From: Girardia tigrina
Taxonomy: Eukaryota
Direction: 5' to 3'
DNA length: 59,391 bases
Assembly: GCA_001938485.1 (NCBI GenBank)
Contig: MQRK01247609.1
Location: 1-59,391, forward strand
Shown here piece after piece: positions 25,290 through 38,749 of the stretch. Numbering within the stretch: position 1 is the first letter of the stretch; each line of letters starts with the position of its first letter. The notes beneath the pieces were generated by a model. It was not told the DNA's origin. It made no database searches and saw nothing but the letters and a program-made list of their open reading frames with translations. The position numbers and the translations under genes are program-made.

Positions 25290-26095
25290 CTACGCATACA
25301 TTGACTGTATCATCAAATAATAAAACTCTTCTCCCATGACATCACCAATAAATGTCGTAAATGTGGACAATACATGGAAACCCCTATGCGCATCATCAAC
25401 GGATGTAATTACTCCTTTGACTTTGACACCATAAAGCACAACAAAATCAAGGACGAGCTGGTCAAATTTCGACGCAGAAAATTCGGCCATGACCTTGTTT
25501 CCGTTGAACAGCGACATGATTTCTTAGATAAAACCTGGAAAGCTATGGACATATATTTTGAACTAGGTAGCAAACTATGTATCATCGAAGTCAAGAGCCC
25601 ATGGGACGCAAACGACCAATTCTTTGACGCCTACACAAGAGCCTGCGATCATTACATAGACGTCTAAATGGACCTAATTGAAAGATACAACAAGAGCGAA
25701 GTAATGATTTTCCCTTTCGTCGTCGGTAGTCTTGGTCGATGGCACTACGACAACGATTCCCTTCTTCAAGCCATTGGATGGAATGACGTTGAAATACAAA
25801 CATATGCCACAAGAGTCGCCAGAAGAAATATCGAAATGTGTGCAAAACACTTTAGCTAACACCTATTGTACATATCAAATGAAGACATAATCAAAGATGG
25901 CACTGCATAACACCAAATTAGTCAAAACACTTCTAGTTTCATCCTATAAGAGGATGCAACTCCTTACCGATAGCGCAACAAGGATAGATGCGAAAGCAAA
26001 AATCTCTAAAATATGGAGTCTTCTTTAACTTCGTTAAAGACGTGACTCCCATTTGATTTGACCTAAGCGGTACACTTAAATTAAATTAAATTAAA
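25290..26095 (+). mobile_element. 5'-truncated RLE non-LTR retrotransposon (second family): zinc knuckle, endonuclease, structured 3' UTR, (TAAAT)n tail
   Basis: CRKCGQYMETPMRIINGC...KHNKI; DIY..IIEVKSPWD; FPFVVGSLGRW. In-frame stops at 25665 and 25857; ends ttaaattaaattaaattaaa. Confidence 0.85.
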
Positions 26096-26999
26096 CTTCT
26101 TCGTCATGGTTTAACATCCTAATATTCATCCATTGCCAATTTCAAAAATTAATTTTATCAAGGATGTTCTATAATCCAAAAAAATATATTTATTTGTTTC
26201 TTATCTGAAAATATCATTTAAAATTAAAATTAATTTTTCAAAAAAAATCTATAAAAATTGCATTTAACTTCAAATATTAATCATTATTTCATCTATATTA
26301 AAATTTAATTTATAATTTATTTAAAATAAAATGTTTTTTAATTTATTCATTTAATATCTATTTGTAAATGTCTCTGGTTATTAAAACAAAGTTTATAATG
26401 ATAAAATAAATTAATATTCTTCTTTTTTTATGACAGAATTCAAAATATTAATGACAAAATAATATTGAAAAAAATCATAGTTGATGAGTGTGACGAGAGG
26501 TTTGGCAATAATATTTTCATTCTCATTAATTTAAACAAAATGACGTTAATATTATTTACGAGTCACTTAGTTTTTTTTCGGAAAAATATTTAGTTTTAAT
26601 TGAAAAATTCTTTTTTTATCATTAATTTTTTTTACAAAATAAAAATTTCCTATTTTAGTACATTTGAAATCGCTTTTTACCAAAAGGAATTTGGTTAAAT
26701 ATTTAATTTATGTCGATAATTGATCTCCTTAGGAGCATTGCGAAAGTCTAAGTGACTTGGCTTTTGTCGGGCCAGGAAGACAAATTAACTTTTTTACAGA
26801 TTGTTAAAATATTGAATTAATTTCAGAATTGCTTATAAATTAAACTGTTTTTCGAAAATAGTACTTCCTGATTCATTTTTAAATATAACCAAAGATTCTA
26901 TTAAATTTAATAATTTTTGTAAAAAAAATGTGCAAAAGGTATTTTTAAAAATAATATAATTTATTAGTATAATATAGTTCTACAAAAATTTCATTAATA

Positions 27000-28284
27000 T
27001 TAGGTGTACAACTAATTAATTTCGTATTTGTTACGAAATAACCTTATATTCGTATTTGTTACCTCATTTCATATTTGTTACCTCATTTCGAATTTGTTAC
27101 TAACCTCATATNNNNNNNNNNNNNNNNNNNNNNNNNNNNNNNNNNNNNNNNNNNNNNNNNNNNNNNNNNNNNNNNNNNNNNNNNNNNNNNNNNNNNNNNN
27201 NNNNNNNNNNNNNNNNNNNNNNNNNNNNNNNNNNNNNNNNNNNNNNNNNNNNNNNNNNNNNNNNNNNNNNNNNNNNNNNNNNNNNNNNNNNNNNNNNNNN
27301 NNNNNNNNNNNNNNNNNNNNNNNNNNNNNNNNNNNNNNNNNNNNNNNNNNNNNNNNNNNNNNNNNNNNNNNNNNNNNNNNNNNNNNNNNNNNNNNNNNNN
27401 NNNNNNNNNNNNNNNNNNNNNNNNNNNNNNNNNNNNNNNNNNNNNNNNNNNNNNNNNNNNNNNNNNNNNNNNNNNNNNNNNNNNNNNNNNNNNNNNNNNN
27501 NNNNNNNNNNNNNNNNNNNNNNNNNNNNNNNNNNNNNNNNNNNNNNNNNNNNNNNNNNNNNNNNNNNNNNNNNNNNNNNNNNNNNNNNNNNNNNNNNNNN
27601 NNNNNNNNNNNNNNNNNNNNNNNNNNNNNNNNNNNNNNNNNNNNNNNNNNNNNNNNNNNNNNNNNNNNNNNNNNNNNNNNNNNNNNNNNNNNNNNNNNNN
27701 NNNNNNNNNNNNNNNNNNNNNNNNNNNNNNNNNNNNNNNNNNNNNNNNNNNNNNNNNNNNNNNNNNNNNNNNNNNNNNNNNNNNNNNNNNNNNNNNNNNN
27801 NNNNNNNNNNNNNNNNNNNNNNNNNNNNNTATACAGGCAACAATTGATACGTTTAAAGCAAGCAATAGCCGAAAAACGGCCAGAATGGGCGACCAGACAC
27901 GAGAAATTGATTTTCCATCATGACAATGCTCGGCCACATGTTGCAGTAACGGTCAAAAATTATTTGGAAAATGCCGGATGGGAAATTCTACCTCACCCGC
28001 CTTATAGCCCAGACATAGCTCCTTCTGATTACCACTTGTTTCGGTCGATGCAGAATCACCTTTCAGGAATACGGTTCACCAATGTTGAAGGTATTAAAAA
28101 ATGGCTTGATGACTTTCTCGGCGCAAAATAATAGAAGTTTTTTTGGGATGGAATCCATAAGTTGCCTGACAGATGGGAAAAAGTTTTGAATAAAATATTT
28201 TGAATAAAATATTTTTTCACTTTTATACTTAAATAAATGGTTTTTTTAACAAAAAAATACGAAATTAATTAGTTGTACACCCAA
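27000..28284 (+). mobile_element. Mariner transposon (mauritiana-subfamily-like), middle masked by Ns
   Basis: TA TSDs; TIRs ttaggtgtacaactaattaatttcgtattt / aaatacgaaattaattagttgtacacccaa. Motifs HHDNARPH, PHPPYSPDIAPSDYHLFRSM, GIHKLPDRWEKV. Confidence 0.93.
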
Positions 28285-28841
28285 TAGTTAAATCTCCAGG
28301 ATTCACTTCAGAATTCATAATATCAACATAATAAAAGATTTCAGTTAATTTAAATTTTTGTTCTAAATCTAATTATTATTTAATGTTAAAATTAAAAATT
28401 AGTTCGACTAATAAATTGTAATTTCAAAATTTAAAAAACTGTTCGATAAATAAATTTGAATCACTCAAAAAATAGGTAAATTCATTTCGACAATAATTTA
28501 AAAGTTTCAACGAAATTCGTTTAAGCATATTAACTATATCAACAAAATTAAATTGTACACAAAAACCTTTTTAAACTTATTTAATCTTAACATTATTTAA
28601 TTTTTATCCTTATTTACATATTTGTATACACATGCGAGCAATGTTCCCTCTAAGTTGCCGCGCTGTAATTTTCGAACAAAAATCTTTGACACAATGGTGA
28701 CTCACATTTCATTCCAATTAGTATAATTCTATATTTTGATGTAAATAAATTAATTTCTGTTTCATTATTTATTGGTTTAAAATAAATTAATTTATGAGTT
28801 TAATTTATTGACTGTTTAATGATTACTTTTAATTTTAATAA

Positions 28842-28846
<5 letters not shown>

Positions 28847-28879
<33 letters not shown>
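28847..28879. repeat. (TA)n microsatellite
   Basis: Directly visible. Confidence 0.95.
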
Positions 28880-28881
<2 letters not shown>

Positions 28882-28984
28882 GAGAAAAGTTTCATTAAAT
28901 ATCTAAATTAAAAAAATAATAACTGTAAGAATAAGTAACTACATATTTATCTATATGTTAAATAGCTGTTAGTAAAATTTAAAT

Positions 28985-30200
28985 GTATCTATATCTTTAA
29001 TTTGGAAAACAACTGTTCGCAGCTTGCAACGCTAATAGCCCGGGTAAGAAAGATGCGCAACAAAATCACAATATTAAGGATGAAGTCCCCAAGGTAATAT
29101 CTCTGTATGAAGCTCAAACGTTCTAAAGGTCCATTGATTCTGTTGTTTCCTGAAGCTATGGAAAAATACTGCAGTTTTCTTCTTTCGGCTAAGAATTCCT
29201 CTTTCTCCTCTATCTATTTCGCCAAGTTGGCAATCGTAATTATCATCAAAGAGATTCGATGGTGCAATAACAGCATATCTGTTTGCAAAATCATGAACTT
29301 GCTGAAATTTTGAATATATTTCGTCTATCAACCTGTCTAGGACAGACAGCATTTCCCGTCTCAACTCACCATCAAATGTCATCACTACATCAGTCAATTC
29401 CTTGCCATACATTCTTTTCTTTTGCGAATTCAACGCTCCATGCTTATCCCAATTTCAAAGCAGAGCTTCTTGGATTCGTCCATTGCACTTTCTACCATCT
29501 TTTCTCAATACTCAAAAATGTAATCTTTCAGTGATATGAGCTTGACAGAACTTTGATGCAGATCGAGCCCTTTTGTTTGAAGATACTTCTGGACATTATT
29601 GATCTCTGGTAGAATAGAATTCCAAAGGTTCAGAAGCGATAGAAATGGAAATGACAGTACTAATGATATAATTAAAGATGTATCTGATCTTGTCGTTAAA
29701 TTTTCTCCTTCTTTGGTGAGCTTCTTCATAGCAGTCATTACTTATGATAATTTTTTCACCAACACATTTACAGCATCAGCTCCAGTGCTCCATCTGGTTT
29801 CCACAACCCGCTTGATACTTAGACCAGTCTCATGAATCAGGACATCCCAGCGATGCGTAGATGCGGAAAAAAGAGAAAAACAGGTTCAATGTGCCAAAAT
29901 ATGTACCAGATGGAACCACAACGGAAGCTGCTTGTATGCAAGCCAAATTCAGGGAGTGATTTGAGCATGGCACAAATAGAGCTTTTGGGTTAATTTTCAA
30001 TATGCGCTTCTGAACACCCGATCGATGGGTAGATATAACAGCAGCATTGTCATATGCCTGGCCACGGCAATCATCAATCTGAATCTCGTCGTTTTTCAGT
30101 TTCTTAATATCAGTTCAGAAATTTCCTTTGCGTTCTTTCCCTTTGTCTCGATGAATCGGACAAAAGACTCCTCCACTTTCACTTCATTTCTGAATATTTT
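28985..30200 (-). pseudogene. ZMYM1-like hAT transposase fragment
   Basis: VEESFVRFIETKGKNA, DCRGQAYDNAAV..HRSGVQKRI, ALFVPCSNHSLNL, SASTHRWDVL, ETRWS, LQTKGLDL and SVASCEQLFSKL. Confidence 0.88.
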
Positions 30201-30279
30201 ATAAGACTCTTTAAAATTGTATTCAAATTAGCAATATTTTCAATAAAATAATGTGGTTTAGTTGGAATTAATAACCTTT

Positions 30280-32256
30280 ATGTAGAAGAGCAAGTTAAAT
30301 AAGCCGAGCAACTCGGCAAAAATTATCACAAAAGTAAAAAGTGTAGCAAGAAATTTAAAGTTAGCAAAGGCTTAGCAAAGTTGTGATCACAAGAATACCG
30401 GATTTTTCGTCTGTTAAGTTTAGTGATATCTTTTCGTATCAAAAAACTGATGACAGTGTAGTTTGTGAAATCTGCATAAAAGGAAATGCAGACAATGATT
30501 TCTGGGATGGAAAACGATGGAACGATTGAAAGTTGGATTATATCAAACGAAATATACAGCAAAAATACACACTTGCGCTGTGGAAAAACTTAGATTAAAG
30601 GAACGTAGCAGACAATGCTGTCAGAGATTGCTGTCAACCGAGAATTGAGGCAAGAAATAACACAACGTAAAAAGTGTTGATTGAAAACGTTCTCTTAACT
30701 ATTAATATGAATAAGTCAATTATGGCAGTCCAGGACATACACGATCATTTAGCAAAGTATACGTTAATTCCTGAAAATTGACACAGCAAAAATTACGCGA
30801 GTGAATTTCTTGGGTGTATAAATATCGTAGTCAAGAAAGAAATCATGACGGAACTATGCAGTTTAAATTTCTATACATTGACAGTAGACAAGAGCACGGA
30901 TGTTTCAGTTTCTAAGATGTTAATTTCATACACCAAATATCATCCTGTTAATGTTACGTCATATAAAACAGTTTTTTGGGAATTGTGCGTTTGAATAAGT
31001 GTTACAGTTATTCCATAGCAAACACGATAAGCGATTTTTACAAAGAACATTCCTTGGACATGCAGAAAATGGTAATGTTTACGTCAGATAGTGAATCGGT
31101 GATGATGGGTAAGAACAATAGTGTAGCTGCAATTCTTCGACGCAGTGTTCCACATCTGTTTAAACAGCACTGTGTTGCTTATCGAGAATATTTAGGCATA
31201 GACAACGCTTGCAAGCATGTTTCTTTAATGGCAGACATTGAAACATTTCTTAGAACCGTTTATACGCTGTTTAGTAGCTCAACAGTTAAGAAAGCGGAGT
31301 TCAGGAAACTTGCAGAACTTTTAGAATACCAGCCCATCGCCTTTAGACCTCTGAATGAAGTACGATGGCTTTCACGTCACTTAGCGTTAAAAGTAATGAT
31401 GAAAAACTCTAATATTTTAAATGAATTCTGCAATGCGCAGGTAAACTTGAATAATGATCCAATAAATAAGTACTGTCTGAAGAAATTAAGAGACACCCAG
31501 TTTCGAACTTCATTGCATGCTTTTAACGACGTTATGAGTAAACTGGTTGAATTGTACAAACTGCTGCAGCGCAAAAGTATTACAACAATTGAAGTGTTAC
31601 AATTTTTCAGAGCAAAACTTGCCAAGCTACGAGTTTAGTATCTTGACGAAAACGTTCACTGGAATGAAGAAGTTAACAAGATTATTATAAGCAATCCTGA
31701 CGTAAATACTTCTTCCATTCTAAGATTTGTTGAAAGATTGTGTTTGCATTTGGATGATAGTTTTCCTGAAAATGAACTGATGGAATGGCGTTTGTTCGAC
31801 ATATCAGCTTTAACTAACATAAAAGTTTTCATTCTCGGCAAAGAAAAACTTTCGTCCCTGTTGTTAAGATATGAAACGTTTTTGAATATATCTGCTGATA
31901 TGAAAGCCAAGTGTTTGGACCAGTACTGGAATTTACGATTTGTTCTTGTTTGAAAAAATAAAAAGGGGTTTAATAAAGACCTTTGATGAAGTTGTTCAGT
32001 TTGTTTTAAATGAAGAACAATTCGAAACTGCGATGCATCTGATTGATATCTGTTCCACATTTCTTGCATCAAGGGCAGAATGTGAGCGTGGATTTGGTCT
32101 TATGAACAATATAAAAACAAAATCGCGAAATAAACTAGAGTAGTTTCAATTGGATATGTTCATGCGGATTAAGTCGTACCAATATGTGGACAACATATTA
32201 ATTTAGACAACGTGTATGATACATGGTTGTCATGAAATGATAGACGCCAGAAGTGA
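30280..32256 (+). pseudogene. ZNF862/C17orf113-like hAT transposase pseudogene
   Basis: LTVDKSTDVS, FTSDSESVMMGKNNSVAA, HCVAYRE, NEVRWLSRH, ASRAECERGFGLMNNIKTKSRNKL; several stops and frameshifts. The 5' boundary is approximate. Confidence 0.9.
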
Positions 32257-33290
32257 GACAATGAACAATAATTATATAATATAGGCTGTATACAACAGCT
32301 TTATGATAGAGCCTAAATACTGTGTTATAAAACTTGATTATTATGAGGCTTTTTGATATAAAGTAGTTTATTTTTGTTATATGCCTCTGGAGTTTTCCAC
32401 GCGAACACCGGTCTTTTCTTTATAAGCTGAATAAACATTATAAAGGCTTATCGCACCAATGGCATGCTATAATATCTTTTAATTGGGATAAACCACCTTT
32501 ATTTCCGATGAACCTACAACAACTGTCATAATTTTTGCTTCTATAACGTATTTCGTTGAATGATGTTTAAGAACTGTGCTCTAGTAAGTTTCTGAATATA
32601 TATCTCCCGCAATGATTACACGATGCTGTTTACGCATTTAAGATATCCACGCACGTGAAAAAATAAGAGGAAACGTTGAATGCAAGTATAAAAAATTTCA
32701 GCAATCATCATTCTGTAAATTTCTAAAATGTCTTTGGGCAAAAGAGGAAAAATCTAATGAAAAATAATATTAAAATAAAGATTTATTCCAAAACAATTAT
32801 ATTATTTCTAATAATTCACAAAAAAATTTCTAATATTTAATAATATTTGAATAAAATATTTTTTTAAAGAAATTTATTTATAATTTTAATAATTTTTAAA
32901 AAAATCTCACAAATTTCTTTTTATTGATTTTAAAAGTATTTTGTTTTCAATAAATTTTCAATAAAATATTTATTGACAAATGTAACAGTCACAAGTATCA
33001 TTTTGAAATTTTAGGATTGAAACTTTTGCAAAAGAAAAAATAATTTATTAGTTATATAAAAATATAAATAAAAACGCCCAGACTCATTATTGATATTAAT
33101 ATCTAAGAAAACTGATTTAAATATATTGATTACAGTGTTACAAAATATTTATAAAATATTGTAATAAATATTTGCTAAAAACTGATATATTTCATAAATT
33201 CAGTTTTCGAATTTATAAAATAAAACCAAAAATAAATTAGAATCAAGTTTATGAAAAATGAAATAAAAAATTAAATTAGAAAATATTGTA

Positions 33291-34000
33291 CAGTGAAAGC
33301 CGCTTAATATGACCACTGGTTAATAGGACCAAATTCTGTGGGACCGAATCATTTCCTATGTTTCGAATATTAAAGCAGCCGCTTAATAGGACCAGTAAAA
33401 GTCGGTTAATGGGACCACTCATGAAACTGTTTGACTCTTCAAACAACATGAAAGTCATGAAAAACGTGTTTTTAGCGTAGGTCATACACCCACCCCAATC
33501 AACATACACATACTCACGTAACAAAGAAGCAGGTTTTGACTGAATTTGTATTTACTGGAAATGTGTATAAAGAAAATATGTATAAAGCCAAAATTATACA
33601 CATTGTAAACCGAAAGTTTAAACCGTAAAATCCAGTACAGTACATTATTACAAGTGTGAATACCCAAAGGCTGAATGCAACCATGACAACTGTCATTCAT
33701 TTTAAAATACAGTAAAGTAGTACAGAACTGTGTCGCCCAATACTGTACATAGTTAAAGCGTTTAACGTACTGTTTATACGAAGAGTGTGTACTTCATAGC
33801 TCTCAAACTGTTTAGACCATCGCAATCGGTTTGCAGGCAGTTTTAAATCGATGGCGACATTTAAAAACGCGCAAAATGTTGTAGCAACTCGAAAAGTGTA
33901 CTTTGTCAAAAAATAACACCACTTCGCTTAATGGGACCAGTCGGTTAATAGGACCAGTTGGGCTTGGGACAAATATGGTCATATTAAGCGGCTTACACTG
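33291..34000. mobile_element. Non-autonomous pogo/Tigger-type MITE (710 bp)
   Basis: TA TSDs; TIRs cagtgaaagccgcttaatatgacca / tggtcatattaagcggcttacactg; repeated subterminal (c/g)ttaatrggacca boxes. Confidence 0.9.
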
Positions 34001-35580
34001 TATACATATTAAAAGATTACCCGTGAATAATTTTTAATATAGAGTTAATAGTAAAGGTAGATAAATTATCATTTACAAATGATTTGAGTATGTTTGTAAT
34101 AAAGAAACCACTAAAGGGACTATTTTAGTATTTATTACTTCTCTTTATTATTAATAACAAAATCAATTTGAGAACCTTCGAACCTACCACGTATAAACAG
34201 AATTTTCGAGGATGTTGCATACAAACTTTGCATTTAAAGATGAAAACAATGGTTTGTTCAGTTATGGCTGAAAATTTAATAAATGTATCAGATGTGTCCA
34301 CCAGATGAAAGTTTCCTAGAACCCTAAACGTTTTTTTAAAATTTATTTAAATTAATTTTAATTATCAATATTACAAACACTAATTTGATTTTCGACACTT
34401 ATTACTATCACAAATATTACCAAAACTTTCGACATTTTCTATCGTACCATTGATTAACGTTCTTTTTCTCAATTTTCTGAAATAACTTGATCCTGAAAAC
34501 CTCTAAAACTATTTACTACAAATTTCATTAATAAAAATTCAAAAACTTTTATTTCAAAATATTAATTTTCTATATTTATTTAAAACTTTAATATCAAAAT
34601 TATCAAATTACTGAACATTTTGCAATGATATTAAATTAAAATTAATTTAAATATTATATATAAATTTAAATCAAATTAGTTTCACATAATAAGAATTAAA
34701 ATATTAATCAGCCATTTGGGTAGGAGAGACACAATCCCACCTCAATAATACACAACATTCAGACACAAAACATTTCAGACATTCCTCACATGTCAATCGA
34801 TTTAAAGGACTTTAGCCATTTAATGGTTCTTATAAAAATCATGCCATCTTCGAGCTGTAACTCAGAACTTCTTTAATGATTTCTTTATACCCCTTTTGCA
34901 GCGCCAATGTTATCTTTTAGATTTTTTTTCACCAAAGTCTCAATGTTCTTTCAAAGACTATCTCGGTTGGTAACACGCTTGTCGTAGCTTATACAATACT
35001 ATTCTGGATAGGAGAGACACAATTCCCAATCGACGCACAATATCGAACATTTCAAACACTCCTTCCAATTAGCAAAGACATTTAATCATTAATAATACTA
35101 CAAATTAAAGTATTCATCGTATCTAATTAATACTATTATGATGACAGTATGTCGTTCAAATAAGTTTTTTTAAAACTATTTTAATAGTTTTAATAATAAA
35201 AACATATCAATAATAATCAAAGAATAATATTTCAGTGATATTCAATTATAATAAACTCCAGTATAACGCAATGTTACTTGTAGGAGATCGAGTTGGACGA
35301 TGAAGTAACTTGTATAAAATGAATAATGATAGGATAAACAAGTAAAATGGATTTTATAAAATGAGAAATTAGAAATAAAATGTATTAAATCACATTTTTT
35401 AAACTTGCATTACACGGAAGTCAACTGTATTATAGTTTTCTGACTTATGAGAAACGTAGTTATCTTGAAAAATACTTTCCTAATGGTAATGACTTTATTA
35501 TAATGATTGTAAAATATTTCTTTTGCTTTCAAAAAAGAGCTATAAATATATATTGAAGCGATACATCTATATAATTTATA

Positions 35581-36766
35581 TTAGGTTGGAGAAAAGAAAT
35601 CCATTATTTTGGCGTGAAATTCAAAACTTTATTTAACATGTTTCGGATTGTCCTCTAGGAGTCAAATATGCACCGTTTTCTTGTATAATTATTTGCCATT
35701 TTGAAGGTAGCTTCATAATACCTCTCTCGTAGAAGTCTTGGTCCTTACTGGCGAAAAACTGTAGTAATCGATTATCAAAATCTTCTATTGAACCCAATTT
35801 CTTATCACTCAGAAAATTTTGCAATGCAAGAAAAAGGGGGTAATCGCTTGGTGCCAGGTCCGGACTATATGATTGATGCATTAAAACTTCCCAGACAAGC
35901 TCCCTGAGTTTCTGGCGAGTCACTACAGACGTATGTGGTCTGGCGTTGTCGTGATGGAACACAACACCTCTTCTGTTGGTCAATTCTGGTCGTTTCTCAT
36001 CAATTGCTATCTTCAAACGGTCAAGTTGTTGACAGTACAGATCTGAATTTAGTGTTTGGTCATACGGAAGCAACTCATATTAAATGATTCCTTTCCTGTC
36101 CCACCAAATACACAGTTAAACCTTCAAGGCCGTTAGTCCTGTTTTGGCGACCGTTTGAGGTGCTTCACCGTGCTTTGACTATGATCAATTTCGTACAATA
36201 TTGTCGTATGTGACCCATTTCCCATCCCCAGTAACCATCCGTTTAAGAAATGGGTCGATTTCATTTCGTTTGGCCAAGGCTTCGCAGATGGAAATTCGAT
36301 CCATCATGTTTTTTGGTGTTAATTAGTGTGGAACCCAAAAATCAAGTTTCTTTTTGAATCCTGCTTTGCCCAAATGGTTTAAAACCGTTTTGTGGTCGAT
36401 AGGCCTGTCTGTGCGAAGTGCAACCTTTAACATCAAAAATGCCTCCACGGAATCGACGAAACCAAAATTGCGTGTAATTAGCTGTTACAGTATTGGCACC
36501 ATAAACACCATTAACAATAACAGCTGCCTGGCTTGCATTTTCGCTTTTATCGAATAAAAACTGTAAAATGTACCGAAATTTTTCTTTGTTGACTTCCATT
36601 TTTAACACCCTGTAACTCAGAACTGAATAAAAAAAAGCAAAAAAATTTTGAGAAATTACTATGAAATGTTACCTTGACAAAGAGCAAAAATATGAAATTA
36701 TTTGATCGATAAATAATGAATTTAAATAATGGATTAAAATAATGGATTACTTTTTTCCCAACCTAA
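35581..36766 (-). mobile_element. Mariner transposon (mellifera-subfamily-like, different family from 6675-7952), internally deleted
   Basis: TA TSDs; TIRs ttaggttggagaaaagaaatccattatttt / aaaataatggattacttttttcccaacctaa. Motifs MEVNKEKFRYILQF, HHDNARPH, YSPDLAPSDY. Confidence 0.93.
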
Positions 36767-36899
36767 TATAATCTGAAGTAAATAAGGTTTTGCACTCGTT
36801 TTTACAAAAACATGCATCAATCGGTATTATATATAAAATATTATACTAAACTAATAAAATTTTAACTATTTCATAAATAAAAATAAAAATTCGTTTTGT

Positions 36900-37290
36900 T
36901 AGTCGCATTTCGAAATTTGAATATGAATTTATTAAAATGCTTATTAGCACAAATTAATAATTTTTATTACAAATAGTTTCAAACAAATTTCATTTTCTTT
37001 AATAATCAATTCATTGACATTTATCTTATTTTTGGAATTCTGATTAAAAACTCAAACTTAAAAATAAATAATTAAAATTAAAATTATATTATAAAAATTA
37101 TATTATAACTTAAAATTAAATAATGTGAGTTTAATTTAATTTACAAAATATTAAAACTCTTTTAATTTAAAATCAATTACATTTTTTTCTAAAATAATAT
37201 TTATTCTTAAAATTTGAGAAAAAAATTTATTCTACAATAATTAAAATTAATTATAGTTAAAATTTATTTATTTCAAAAATAATATAAATT
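36900..37290 (+). repeat. ~400-bp AT-rich direct repeat, copy 1
   Basis: Colinear with ~40185-40580 (caaattaataatttttattacaaa; ttacaaaatattaaaactct; taatttaaaatca; aaaattaattat). Confidence 0.75.
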
Positions 37291-37819
37291 TTAATTTAAA
37301 AATTTTTTTAAAAAAATGTTTTAACTATGTACACTTTTAATCATTTCTAAATTATTAAAATTTATCAGCGAAAAGAAATTTAATTAACTCTTCGTACTTT
37401 TTATAGAAATTTTACCAAATTTTAATTTTATATTTTGTTTAATTAATTTAAATTTTAATTTGCAAGCATAATAAATTTTATTCTTATTTTATATATCAGA
37501 TAAATACTATTGAAAGTTTACAAACGTTAATTAAATTTAATATAATTTTGTTGTCTAAATAAATTTTAGTCTAGTTTTTCAATTTCAAACTCTTAATTAA
37601 TTGAATTATCTAAATATCAACTGATCAGCGAAATGAAAAGAAATCATATCGTCAAAATGTTTTTCTCGTTTTCAATATTTTTGGTGTTTGTAAACGATTA
37701 AGGTTATAAAGTCTGTAAGTTTTATTGGATCTTTAGATGTGAATTTTACGAAATAACGCAAATTATAATCAGGTATTTCCAAATGTTAACAAGAATTTAT
37801 TTATTCATGTATTTAAGTA

Positions 37820-38610
37820 TATAAGCCTCCCACGACTGTGACGAATAACTGTATATTACAAATAATACTCAGCATTGGCGGACAGGGTAGTGAATCATAG
37901 ACTCTGTATCGGGTAGAAACCATTTGACAAATACAACTTCCTTTTACACAGCTTCGGATGCAAGAGTACGAACTTTCCATGAACGAGCATGCTTCCGCTT
38001 CCTCTGAGAAATTATCAGTTATGTTCTTTTGTTCCGTGATTCTGGAGACTTTTGACTGTATAAACGCAACTAGTGCAAGGGTGAAATGGACAGTTAAACA
38101 CTCTCTTATCCGTTATATTATCCAGCCGAAAACTCAGTACCACATTATGGATTATTCCTGGACAGTTATCATCAGTTACACAGATAGACACTGGCATATA
38201 ATGTTCCACGTTCAAGTTTAAAGGTCCAGTGCGTCTTTCTTTTTTTACTCTTTATATTATCTTCGTAGTACCATTACCTTGGATTCAATGATCAATTAAT
38301 AAATGACATTGAAGCCATCCATTAATTTTATAACTTTTGTGGCAGTTCTACATGATAAATATGAATGAACCACCACTTATCTGTGTCGTCGGTGCCGTGG
38401 CCAGATGCTCATTCTTAATGTGTCTTGTTAGTTCCTTCTGTTCAGTAAATTCTTTAAAGCAAGAAGGGAATGTGCAAACTAATATTTTGAAGCGCAGCTG
38501 CCGCATTTTCGGATATTCTTTTTCGTACTTGATTACCTCTTTCAATCGCTGAGATGTGATTCCTTTGATCAGGAATTTTCGATAATTTATCACTTTAAAC
38601 AAATAATATA
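37820..38610 (-). mobile_element. 3' fragment of an RTE-like retrotransposon with 3-4 C-terminal C2H2 zinc fingers
   Basis: CTFPSCFKEFTEQKELTRHIKNEH; NCHKSYKINGWLQCHLLIDH; CPFHPCTSCVYTVKSLQNHGTKEH; CIC...DTESMIH. Homologous to 49025-49490, which there follows an RT fragment. Confidence 0.7.
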
Positions 38611-38716
38611 TTAATTGCTAATATTGTTATGTAAGTAAGATTTGTAATTCTCAAAGGTAGATATTATTAGCTAACAGATGAATGGTTTTTCAATTTTATA
38701 AAATTTTAAATTACAT

Positions 38717-38722
38717 TTTATT
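38717..38722 (-). terminator. AATAAA polyadenylation signal of the kinase gene
   Basis: tttatt on the plus strand, ~28 nt after the kinase stop codon; AT-rich context lowers significance. Confidence 0.45.
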
Positions 38723-38749
38723 CGCAAGTAAGGAAAATGACTCAGTTTA

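Larger units (their letters stand above)
28639..32678 (+). mobile_element. hAT transposon (ZNF862/C17orf113-like transposase) carrying a second hAT transposase fragment
   Basis: TIRs caatgttccctctaa / taagaggaaacgttg; degenerate 8-bp TSD catgcgag / aatgcaag. Confidence 0.8.

Noticed and set aside
27028-27937. Long ORFs of 245-367 aa in several frames
   Set aside because: Artefacts of the N run; only the mariner C-terminus is real.
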